Shown here: piece by piece, positions 32,311 to 46,139 of the stretch
Numbering within the stretch: the stretch's first letter is position 1
How the letters are laid out: every line of letters begins with the position of its first letter
From: the human T2T-CHM13v2.0 reference genome, Homo sapiens
Strand: one strand, 5' to 3'
DNA: 64,000 nt
Assembly (NCBI RefSeq): GCF_009914755.1
Contig: NC_060933.1
Position numbers and translations under genes: made by a program
Notes under the pieces: model-generated
Told to the model about the DNA's origin: nothing
Seen by the model: only the letters and a program-made list of their open reading frames with translations
Database searches by the model: none

Positions 32311-33339
32311 CCTAAGAGAACTGAATGATTGTATAAATTTAGCAGTATTTATACAATACATAGCACACTGATTTGCAGTTTTTGAAAGTAAGCGTGTTTC
32401 CTCCCCCTTGAAAAAAGGCATTGTCTTAATCGTCTTTGTCTGTCCAAAGACAGAGAATGTTTGCTGAATGGCAGTTGAATGAAAGGGGGAACATTAGCAG
32501 CTTGTTACTCCCAGAAGAGCGTGGCTAACGTGTGATTTCAATTGACGGGATAAAATTTGAAAACCCACAAAACAGAGAAGAAAGCAAGGAAATTTTTAGA
32601 CAGGGAGATGTGAGGAATGGGGCTTTCCCTGTGTCCTGACAAGACAGAGCAGACACAATGGCCTCCTCTGTCCCTGGGAGTGGCTTGGCCTTCATGTGAG
32701 CACAAAAGACATAAGATAAAATTCCTTGGGCTGAACATTAGAGCAGTTGATGTCACCATATCTATCTCATAATCACCAGTGGAAAACAGCCCATTCGCCT
32801 TGAGCAAGCATAGAATTTTTCAGCTGTGTTCAAAGCATTGCCACAGCCATGTTCATTTTGTCACCTGCTTCTTACTTGGTGAAAAGCATGAACATCACGG
32901 GGCTCCTGTGCCTGGCCCTGGTTCAAATTTCCTGGCTTTCCAAAAGGCATGCAGGCCTCTCTGCTTTTGCACAAGGCAGTAACCCCTTGACCTTTTGCAG
33001 TTTTCCACAGTTGTGTCATATCCAGTCACTCACGGGCAAGCACAATTAGTGGTACTGCCAAGTGCGGGTGGAGAAATGCCAAGGCGGTGAGGAAGTGAAT
33101 CAAAATGAATTGAAATTACCTGCAGAGAACTGATGAGGAGGACTCAGTCTGCCGCAAAAATCAATGAGTTACAAAACAAAACAAAAAAAGGTCTGCCTGA
33201 GAAAATCAATGAAACCCAAACGGGGTGACCATCGAGAAAAATTCTCACATACACACAAGTCATACCTGACCTCAGATGTGCCCAGCAAATCCAGCTCTTG
33301 CCCAGCTTGCTAAAGGGAGCATAACCCATCTACCCTCTG

Positions 33340-33700
33340 CAGCAGGATTTCTCAAGCTTCCCTGTGTATGTGAGACACCTGGGGACCTTGTTAACTTGCA
33401 GAATCTGATTTAGTAGGCATAAGGTGGGGGTCTGAGAGTCTACATTTCTAACAAGGTTCCAGGAGACATTTCTGCTGCTGGTGTGTGAACCACGCTGAGT
33501 GGCAGGCATCTAGAGGTATGTGGTTTCTCAAAGGGTAGCCCTTACACCAGCATCATCAGTACATCTGGGAGCTTGTTACAAATGCAAATTCTTAGACCTC
33601 CACTCCAGTCCAACTGAATCAGAAACTCTGGGAATAGGGTCCAGAAATCTGACTTTTAAGCTCTCCAGGTGTTCTGATGCATTCTAAAGTTTGAGAACTG
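33340..33700. mobile_element. Adjacent oppositely oriented MER5A1 and MER5A
   Basis: Both match MER5 consensus text; joined at tctaga. Confidence 0.8.
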
Positions 33701-34099
33701 CAAATATTCTAGATCTGTGTTTTCGTGTAGGTCCATGCCCATCTCTACAATAAAAATGTTTTATGCTAACCGAACCCTAAGGTCTCTTACCTTCCTCTGA
33801 AATCACCATCCCTTAAATTTCTATTTTATGTTGTTAACTTTTCAACAGTCATATTTATCTCCCAAATAGCTATTGTCTTGTCTTAGAAATGACATCAAGA
33901 GCTGCTTGAGAGCAGGGGCCATACCTTGTGTAGCTCTGTATTTCCAGCTTAGCACAGTGTTTGCCACATGGCATTTGCTCAACAAATACTTCTCGATAGG
34001 CTGATGGGTATTATGTGGATTCATGTTGAAGTCAAATATGAAGTGACATGCAGGAATTCATTTTCTAGTTCGAGCATCCTTTTCAACTGAATATAGGCA

Positions 34100-34530
34100 T
34101 TTCTGTGAATACCTAATGCTGCATAACAAACCACCAAAAAACTTAATGGCTTAAAGTGACAATACTCATTTATTATTTCTCATGGTTTCTGTGGATCAGG
34201 AATTCAGGACACATGTGGCTGGCAGTTCTGGCTTGGCTTGGGGTCTCTGATGAGGTTGCAGCCAGATATTGGCAGGCTAAAGTCAAGCAAAGGCTTGAGT
34301 TCCTCTCCACTGATGGCTGCTTGAGTGACCTCACAAAATGGCAACTGGCTTCCCCAAAAGGAAGCAATCCAAGAGGCCAAGGCAGAAAGTCTGAGGCTGT
34401 CACTTTGTTTAGTATTCTATTGCTCACATAGGTTAGCCCCAGTGCGAGGTAGGAAAGGACTGCACGAGAGCGTGAATAGCAGGAGGCAAGGATAACTGGA
34501 GGTCAGTTTGGAGGCTGGCTGTCGTAGTGG
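34100..34530 (-). mobile_element. MLT1 (F/H-like) LTR
   Basis: gctgcataacaaaccacc...ctcatggtttctgtggatcaggaattcagg. Confidence 0.7.
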
Positions 34531-34544
34531 GTATCTTCAGGTAG

Positions 34545-35215
34545 CCACAGACATTGCTTTTGCTCTCAAGGAGTTTGCATTCCTGAGGAAGACAACAAAC
34601 AGTAAGCAAGTCCACAAATAGGGATTTAAGACAGAAATACATGTATAAAAAAAAATAAAACAAGCAGGCAACGGGGTGGGATGGGGCTGTGATTTCAGAT
34701 AATGAGGCCAGGGACTCTATGTGGTCATGATATTTGAGCTGAACGATGCAAAAGAACCTCCATGTGGCAACCAGACAGAGGGAACAGCTTGTGCAAAGGC
34801 ACTGGGCAGGAGGCACAAGCTTGGCATGCTTCAGAAACAGAAAGCAGGCAAGTGCAGCTGGAGAGTAGTAAAGAAACAGGAGAATGCCAGTGAGGAGAAG
34901 CCAGAATCCAGGGAGGCGGGAAGGGAGCTGGAAGGGTTTGGTGTCTCCAAAGCCAAGAAAAGAGAGCGTTTTTAGAAGGACAGAGTCATCCACTGTTCTA
35001 AATGCTGCTGAGAGGTTGAACAAGAAGAACATAAAGAATTGGCCAACGGATTTGGCAAGGAGTGCTTTGCAGACCTTGTCAAGAGCAGTTTCCATGGCGT
35101 GCTTGGGATTAAAAGCCTGATGAGTGTGTTGAATTGAAGCCGGGAAACGAAGACGTGGAGACAAGCAGTGTGGAATAATTCTGAAAAGAACTGATGTTGT
35201 GAGAAAACAAATGGG
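34545..35215 (-). mobile_element. L2 LINE fragment including a reverse-transcriptase remnant
   Basis: L2 3' text plus translation HAMETALDKV...NLSAAFRTVDDSVLLKTLSFLG, matching the L2/CR1-clade RT motif HSTETAL..DLSAAFDTVDHSLL. Confidence 0.8.
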
Positions 35216-36896
35216 GCAGTACCTGGGGAGGGGGGAGGGGGGAGGGGGGGGGAACGTGGAGTTAAGAAAACTTAGTTTTGATTTGGTTTTTGTTTGGGGC
35301 TTTGGGTTTTAGGTTTTGGTTTTTGGTTTTAAGGTGGGAGATAGGACAGCTACATGAGCTGAAATATGCTGAAGGGAATGAGGTAGGATGCGGAAGTCTC
35401 TGGAACACAGCAGTCACTCAATACATGAGGTTCCCATCATTACCCATGTGACTAAATTGTACTTTGACCCAACTAGCTCGAGACAGCAGATGTGGCAATT
35501 TGGGAGACTTCTGTTTACTTGGGAATTGTAGTTCGTTAACTCTTCTCATTTAACCTATGAAATTACTACTTATACCTTAGTGTCTAACTTGTAAAGTTTA
35601 TGGAAGTAGTAAAGCAATCTTTTGTTTCTAAAATATATAACTTTAAATTGCCATTGATTTAGACTTGTCTCCTTCCTCTCACTCTTCTGCTTATTCCTAC
35701 TGAGTTTTTTTGTGGTTAAATATGATTGAGTGCAGAGACTTACCCCTGGCTGTGCTCTGCCTAGGGTGTTCCCAGTGATCTCAAGGGGTATTGAATTTTT
35801 CCTACATTTTAATGAAACTGTCAACTTTCATTTACTTTAATTAAATATATAAGTTATACAGAAGGGCTTTTTTTTTTTAAACAAATATACAAAACATCCC
35901 ATTGTTGCCTTGAGGCACCCTGGGGAAACCACAAGATCCCCTCAGTGATCCACAGTACTGGCAGCCTCTGTCTTCCTTGTAGTATTTTATGAATATTTTC
36001 CTTTTTTGTAAGTGCCATGAACTGCAGAACACTGGGAAATCTGATTTTAAAATACTGGATGGATGGAAGTCAAAAGTGACACAAGGCCTTCTTGCTTTCG
36101 CCTGGCTTCTCCATGGTGGGACCCCAGCACCCTTCCATCCTCCATCACCAGCTCTGCTTGTCTGTCTTGGAGACTTCCTATCCTCTTTCCATTCACCAGC
36201 CTTGTATAGGACCATGTTACACTTACCTTTGAGGCTGCTGCCTGGAGAAAGGGAGGAAACAAATAAAATCAGTGATCCACATGTATGTGCTAGTTAATGT
36301 CAATCTCCTTGGTTGCTGTGAGTTAGTACAAGCCCTCCTCAGGAATCCCCACTCTAGGGGCAGATGATTAGGAAGTGAAGAATCCTAAACATGAGTCCAT
36401 TCTCCAGATTCTGCAAATGCTCCAAATAGCAACCTCTAAATCAGCACCAGAAGGCTCCTAAATTAGCATATGGATGTTAGATTTAGGCTTTACATTGGGA
36501 AAATGTTTTCAAGGTGTATAGTTGGCTAAAATGATTATGCATGCACCACCGCCCTGCAGTCCAACACCTTCCAAGCGGTACCCCAGTTACAGAACTCCAT
36601 GTGGTCCTGAATGGCCCCATTCACAGAGGACTCTGCTGCCTGATCTAGCTGGAAGACTTGCTGATTCTTCCCCGCAGGGGGCTGTTCTGAACGCCCAAAA
36701 GGACAGAGAACAGGGGCTGCACCAAGCCTAGAAAAAAGGTTGTATGATGCTTTTGAACCTGTTTTCTTACAAGTCTCTACACGTGAAAGAATTCTGTCTG
36801 AGACCAGCTTCCATTTTTAACCTGTTTCACTTATCTGCTGCTATTGACCACCCCCAAACCCAATGGCTTGAAGCGATGATTTATTATGTTTCATGA

Positions 36897-37186
<290 letters not shown>

Positions 37187-38331
37187 CTGTCCTGAATCCC
37201 ATGTCTGGCTGTTGGTGCCAGCTGTCGATGGGGGCACCTCTGTTAATGCTTCCCCAGGAGACAGTGCTAAGCTTTGTCACAGCATGATGATCTCAGGCTT
37301 CCAAGGGCATGAGAGTGGAAGCTAAATAGCCTCTAGAGGACTAGCTCAACATCACTTCTGACATATGCCCTTGGTCAAAGTGAGTTACAGGCCAGCCCAG
37401 ATTCAACGGGGGCGGAGAAATAGACTCTGTCTCTTGTTAGGACTAGCAGCAACATCACATTGCAAAGAGGCATGGCCACAGGAAAGAATGACCCATGAAA
37501 GCCATTATTATATTGATCGATTCCCTCATCTGGTAGTGAGATGGTGGCAGAGGAGGCAAAGAATTTCTACCCACTGCTGATCATTCAACGAAAGAATCCA
37601 ACAAATTAGGTTGAAGTACATCCTTTGTCAGAATAGATGTAAACCCTTTTTTACAAATCGTCTTCTTGATAATTTTGAATTTTTCTTCAGGAAAAACTTG
37701 TTAGGCCTAATGAAAACCTCATTTTTTTTTGAACCTCATAATTTGGCTGATGAAGAGTTTCAAGTATTCCAAAATGGAAAAGTGTCAGCATAGGCATTTT
37801 TGATTGCCTTATGTTTGCATGATTACTATTATCTTATTCAACCTCCAGCTCCATCGCTGGAGGGTTTCTAAACCACCTATAAAATTGGTAAGCGTTGCTT
37901 AAAATTGGACAGGCTAATACAGAAATCTGCTTTACCTGAACATGGAATCTGCAACACATCATAATTTGCTAATAGAACAACAGTGTCAATCCCTCTTCAC
38001 CATCCCTGCCATCCCTCGAGATACCTTGTGAACTGAATGTGATATGTGTCCTGCTGACATATGGATCAGGTAGGGGTTATATCATCAAACCTGCTATTAA
38101 ATAGTAGGAAGCCTTATTTTATTATTTATTACAGATTTTATATAACTATATATTTTATATTATTAATTATATTAATTATATATTTATGTATATTATACCT
38201 GTTTTTTTCTTCCTATGCCTCTGGTGGATCATGTTTCACACCTCTTTGGAGATGATAAAAGTTACCTTCATGCAATGCATAATTTATTACCTTATTTTAT
38301 AATTAATCGTGTGTGTGACATCTACCATACT

Positions 38332-40102
38332 CAGGACTAGGACCAGGGTGAGGTGACTAAGGCATTTGTCATGTGCACAAAATTTAAGGAAACACCAGAA
38401 AACCCTGTAATCAAAATAAGTACTATTTTAATGCAATATTTTAAAAATCAAAGTTAATGCAAAAAAGATCCATGATGAACACAGTATGAAAGTTTTAAGT
38501 AAAGACAGCCTCCAACAGGGCCAAGATTAGCATTAGGCGAGTGAGGCTGTGTGCAAATGCAGAGTTGCACAGTCTTTATTCTACATGTTCATACTGTGTT
38601 CATCCATGAAACACAATCTGAGATATGAGATTTTTTAATAAGAGTTTTTGGATTCACAGCAGTATTGAGTGGAACATACAGCGAGTTCCTGTGCACGCCC
38701 CGTCTCCACACATGCACAGCCTTCCCCACTATCAACATCCCACACCAGAGTGGTGCGTTTATTACAATCAGGGAACCTACATTGTCACATCATCACCATT
38801 CAAAGTCCATCATTTACATTAGGGTTCACTTATGCTGGTGTGCATTCTGTGGGTTTGGACAAATGTATAATAACACATATCCACCATTATGGTAGCACAC
38901 AGAATATTTCACTGCCCTAAAAATCCTTAGTGCTTTGCCTATTCATTCCTCCCTCCCCTCTAAGCCCTGGCAACCACTGACTTATTTACTGTCTCTATAG
39001 TTTTTCCTTTTCCAGTACGTCTATAGCTGGAATCATGCAACATGTATCCTTTTCAGATTGGCTTCTTAGGCTAGTAATATATCAATTTCCTCCATGTCTT
39101 TTTGTGACTTGATAGCTTGTTTCTTGTTAGTACTGAATAATATTCCTTTGTCTGGATGTTCCAGTTTATCTACTATATTAGGCTGGGTTATCCAATAGGA
39201 TATATATATACATGTGTATATATATGTGTGTATGTACGTATATATGTATATAGGTAGGTACAGAAGGTACAGGGAAATGGACTGATGATAAGGAACTGGC
39301 TCATGCAGTTATAGAAGCTGAGAAATCTGAAGGTCTGAGGTTGGCAAGCAGAAACCCAGCACAGGAGGGCTGATGGTACAGATCCAGTCCAAGTCCAGAA
39401 GCCTGAGAATGCAGAGAGCCTATGATGTTAAGTTCCAGTCTGAGACCAAGTCCAAAGGCAGAAAAGACTCATGTTTCAACTCAATGATAGACAAAGCAAA
39501 TTCTCTCTTAGCCTTTTTGTTCTATTCGGGCCATCAACAGTTTGGATGAAGTCCACCCACATTAGGGAGAACAATCTACTTTGCTCAGTCTACCAAATAA
39601 AATGTTCTTCCCATCCAGAAGCACCTTCACAGACACAGCCAGAATAATGCTCAATCAAATATCTGGACACCCTATGGACCAGTCAAGTTGACACACAAAA
39701 TAAAGCATCACATCTACTCACTTACTGTAGGATATCTTGGTAGTTTCCAAGTTTGGGCAATTATAGTAAAGCTGCTATAAACATCCGTGTGTAGGTTTTG
39801 GTGTGAACATAAGTTTTCAGTTCATTTGGGTAAACACCAAGGAGTGAGATTGCTGGATCCTCTGGTAAGAGTTTGTTTAGTTGTAAGAAACCAACAAACT
39901 GTCTTCCAAAGTGGCTGTACTTTGCATTCTCACCAGCAAAAAATGAGAGTTCCTATTGCTCCACATCCTCATACATATTTTGAACTAATTTTTATATTTT
40001 TAATATTGCAGTAAAATATATTGGTCACTGCATTTTTTGGCACCACTTTAAATTTTGAGCCTAAGGCCAATGCCTTCCTCACCTCACTCTAATCCTGGCT
40101 CT
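38332..40102. mobile_element. MER96B-like hAT element split by L1MC (~38630-39975), itself split by an MLT2 LTR
   Basis: Inverted ends caggactaggaccagggtgagg / cctcacctcactctaatcctggctctt; L1MC 3' text inside. Confidence 0.65.
39174..39712 (-). mobile_element. MLT2 (ERVL) solo LTR
   Basis: aaggaactggctcatgcagttat...cagtcaagttgacacacaaaataaagcatcaca; 5-bp TSD tctac at 39169-73 and 39713-17. Confidence 0.85.
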
Positions 40103-40831
40103 TGATTTAGCTCCTTCAGGGCAGAAACCATTTCTTCTAATTTTTGAAAATATCTCAAGTAAAGTACTTAGGAAAGTGCCTGACATATAGTAAGTGCTGG
40201 AAAAATGTTAATCATAGTAATTACTATTATGAAATAGTGCCTACCAGAGTTATTTGTACATACTAAATGTTCAATGATGTAACTGCTTTTTATATAATTG
40301 AAATATCCTTTTACCTTTACCTTTCACCTATTTTATTAATAAAAGCACATTGTTGCCTATTTTGTCCAGCTCAGCAAATTTGTTATTTGCGGCCTGTCCA
40401 TAGCTTTATATTCACTTCTAACATTTCGAAGGTTGCATTTTTAAAAGTCAAGCCTTGTGCTTTCAGGTAGAGCAGATGAATCCCGGATGGAGAAAAGATT
40501 TTCTACTTGGGCGAGAAAAAAAGGCAGTTTCTCTTGCTTTCCTTGTTATGCAGTGCAGTGAGGATACACATTTGCTCTGAGATTCTACTGGTGATTAAAA
40601 TAACATTATAATTCAATAAAAAGTGCACCAGGCAGCCTCTCTTCCAGATGATTACATGTCACTGTGGTTGTTTTCTATTTAAAGTTCAATAAAATAAAGT
40701 ATAATTCAGTACTGACTTTAGGATTTGCTCCAATGTTTTCATCAATTGTAGTTTTATGTACAGTCTTCTGATTTTCCTCACAGTATAGAATCATTGAAGA
40801 GTTGGTCCAAATGACTTTAAAAATTTCAATT

Positions 40832-40950
40832 GCTGAGGCAGGAGGATCGCTTGAGCCCAGGAGTTCAAGACCGCAGTAAGCTATAATTGCACCACTGCAC
40901 TCCAGCCTGGGCAACAGAGCAAGACCCTGTCTCAAAAAAAAAAAAAAAAA
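40832..40950 (+). mobile_element. 5'-truncated AluJ/FRAM right arm
   Basis: TSD atttcaatt. Confidence 0.85.
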
Positions 40951-41509
40951 GATTTCAATTACTAGCAAATTACAGAATTGTAATTCTTAAAGTAGAAATA
41001 GCCATAAACCAGAATTCTCAATGTAAACAATAGTGACAATTGAATCTTGTGAAAACAGCCTACAGAAAGGCTGGGAGAAAAATTTCCCATTCTGGCAGGA
41101 TAGTCACTGATATTTTTGTGACTGTATCAAGAAGCTATTCCCAAAGTTCTCACAATTACGCGAGGCAAGCCACTTAATAACCTGCTTTTGAACAGCTGTC
41201 AGTTGCCAAAATAAAGGATCACATTTACCACAACGAAATTTCTGTTCAAATCAAATCAAAGGTTTATTTCACACATTTGTGTATCTCCCCACCAAAATAA
41301 AGAAATCACACATGCATCAAGGACTTCAGTCAATCCTAGCCCCGTTTACCAGTTGAGTAAAGATAGAAGCAGAAGGGGAAGGAAAAGGGAAAGTGATCAG
41401 TTTAATATTTTTTTAGCTTGTGATAGTATTAGCTAACTGGTGATTTATCTTAATGTTTTCCTGCTCCCGGGAGTGGAAAGAAAGATCAGCAACAAAATCC
41501 ATTCAGTAC

Positions 41510-41804
<295 letters not shown>

Positions 41805-42265
41805 ATTCACTATTTTTTTTATGTGAGCCATTCAACCAAGCACCTCACTCTCAGAAACGTGTTCAGTTGTGGCTACCATGAACGCTTCCTTCAGCTGCTG
41901 ATGGTAAGAGGAACATGCCTGGCAAGGACAGTACCGCCATGGTGCTGAGCTCCTCATACCTGTGTGTTGCCTTAGATTTCTCTTACCACACAGGCAGGTC
42001 TATGCTAAAAAAGTATAATTTATATATTCTGAACCACCATTAATAGGTAGCAATTGATATTTACTAAGTGCAAATCATCCATTGAGGTTTAAAACTTAAA
42101 GCAGAAAACTTCTAATAGATTTACTTTCAATGATTTAAGTCTAATGTCAGTAGAGTAGAGAGTAGAGAGCATTCTGAATTGTATTCACTTTAACAAAAGA
42201 TGGCTGGAAAGGCTAAAACCCATCTAAAATTCATGTGAGTGATCTGGCATCCCTACATGGGAAAG

Positions 42266-42401
42266 GCCCAGGCTGGAGTGCAGTGGCAATTCACAGGAAT
42301 GATCAACGCACACAGCAGCCTTGAACTCCTGGCCTCAAGGGATCCTTCTGCCTCAGCCTCCTGAGTAGCTGAGACTACAAGCGTGTGCCACTGCACTCAG
42401 C
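42266..42401 (-). mobile_element. FAM (fossil Alu monomer), tail missing
   Basis: Reverse complement keeps the 7SL-derived cctgtgaattgccactgcactccagcctggg segment that dimeric Alus lack. Confidence 0.8.
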
Positions 42402-42602
42402 TTCTTTTCCTTCATTGAGTCCTTTCTGCTACGAATTTGTCCACGTTACTAAGAAATAATCATGCTTTGTTGAAATGCTCAATTGAATTATGGCTGTGAT
42501 GAGACATTAGTATCTCACTTACCTGTGGAGGATTCTGCTCCACAGATGCTAGCAACAGCATAGAGCTTTTAACTATTTAGATGCGTATATTAGAGATTTC
42601 TA

Positions 42603-42957
<355 letters not shown>

Positions 42958-42972
42958 AATGAAATAAAATGA

Positions 42973-43307
<335 letters not shown>

Positions 43308-45048
43308 TTATGACCAAGTTTTTAGGCACTAACAGAGATTTTCAGAAAAAAGACAACACTAATATTTATGTTCTGTAAACTGAAGGTACAGGAGGTCTGC
43401 ATCTTCCAAATCTCTGAGTAGATGGTTACCATGCTGCTACGTGCAGGTCCAGAAATGAGAAAGACAAACATGGTAGATGACGAGTTTTGCACATTGACAA
43501 AGTGGATATCATGAAAAGCAATAATAAGCACCTGGGCCATATTCCTGAATTATAATTTGTTTGATAAAATGCTAGAAGGATAGACATCTTGGCTAGGTGT
43601 ATTCTATTTTATTCACTCTTCAAATAAGAGTCTTTCCAGCCCAGTGATATGTCATGGGATTGTACAAATTGGCATTTGCAGATATCAAAAGGATGCCTGC
43701 CACCTAGAGAGACACGGGAGTTTGCTGTCAGCTGCTGGCTGTCAGCGGCCTTTCTGATCTTGTTTCCATGGAAATTGACATTAGATAGGTGAGGGGGAGG
43801 GGAGAGTTATGGGTTGCGTTTTTATTTCATTATTTCAAATGAGATGTTTGAATCCTTTACCTTCTTTGCACCCATCTGAAACTGGTTTCCCTGACAACGG
43901 CATCAGGGATGCTGCCCCCCCAAGATCTGAGAGCAAGAACTCTTACTTCGCTGGTCTCAAACGACGGCATTGAAGAGGACAATCAGCCCAGGCTGCAACT
44001 CCCTCAATCAGCAGAAGGGGGTCAAGAAGAAAAGGAATTGGAAGTGACCTGAAACTTTCTAAGAAGGTTAAAAGAAACACAACAGGGTTTCCTTTATTTC
44101 AAAAACTAGTCATTCAAGTAAAACAAATACACAGGTAGTGAGGCCTGGCTCAGACCTTAAAAACTGCCATCATGCGGGTAACTACCTAATCCCGCTGGTC
44201 CACACAGCTCCTCTCTCTGTGGCTTGGACCACCTGCTCGTGCGCTGTCTTAGACATCATGCTCACTTTTCTTAGATAGAAAAAAAGAAAGGAAAATTCCA
44301 GACAAGGGCTCATTAGGTCATTTTCTTTCCCCACCAATCAATGTTCTTCATACTGAGTGCTTTGCTTTCCAAGGAACTATAGTTGTTTTTAAAGGATTTT
44401 CGCTGCAGAGGGTATGCTAAATGCAGAATGTGGTGGCACTACAATGGCTGTCTGCTTAAAAAAATAATACTATACAAGAAACCATAAGGGAAAGAAAAGA
44501 GTGGCCATTAAAGTAAACTATTAAGAATGGTTGCACTCTACATTCCAAATGTGAAGTTATGTATCAGGGCTATTACAATGGCAGAGAGCTGTGCAGTGGA
44601 TTCAGTAGAATGGCCATGTAAATTGAAAAGCAAACTAATGTCTCTTAAAGCCTGGAAACCACAGAAGGAATTTGCTCCCAAGTGGAAAACTCCAGGCAAT
44701 CAACCAATGAATCACTCACCCAAAGACCAAGAGCTTTGTCTTTCTCGACTGTCTTTTATGCAGAAGGATATGGGTCACTACACACAACATCAGAAGAAAT
44801 CTAGAAGGGCACAGGCTTTGGCATAGGCCGTACTTGAGTGTTGATGGTTTCTATAATGAAAAGGGAAACAGTTTGTTCCTTTTCTTTAATTTTGCCATAT
44901 AAAACATTCTTATGAAAGGCTATACCAAAATTGCTTGATAAATAGAAAACTCTTGATTGAGATGCTTGTGTCAGGTGGAGGTAAATTTTACTTTTATGCA
45001 AGCCAACAACAGAAATGGAAAATAGGCTTATGATATAGTCACACTCTA

Positions 45049-45462
<414 letters not shown>

Positions 45463-45623
45463 CATGCAAAATGGCAGTAGTCTAATAAATGGCATTGTAT
45501 TATTTGATGGGGTCAATAAAAAGTACAGAAGACTATGCAGAAATAAAGGGGAAAAATTTGTGATAGCAAATGGAATGGGTGTTGTGCTTACATATGTATG
45601 CATGCATGAAGAAATAAATGTAA

Positions 45624-46139
<516 letters not shown>

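Noticed and set aside
36670-36684. CTCF-like CCCGCAGGGGGCTG
   Set aside because: Partial match only; cannot be supported without PWM or ChIP data.
41911-41920. p53 decamer GAACATGCCT
   Set aside because: No in-register second half-site.
41931-41950. REST/RE1-like TCAGCACCATGG (also near 9079 and 25908)
   Set aside because: Only left half-sites; the GGACAG right half is absent or mis-spaced.
42266-42401. Possible 7SL RNA gene or pseudogene
   Set aside because: Lacks the S domain; matches the FAM monomer.
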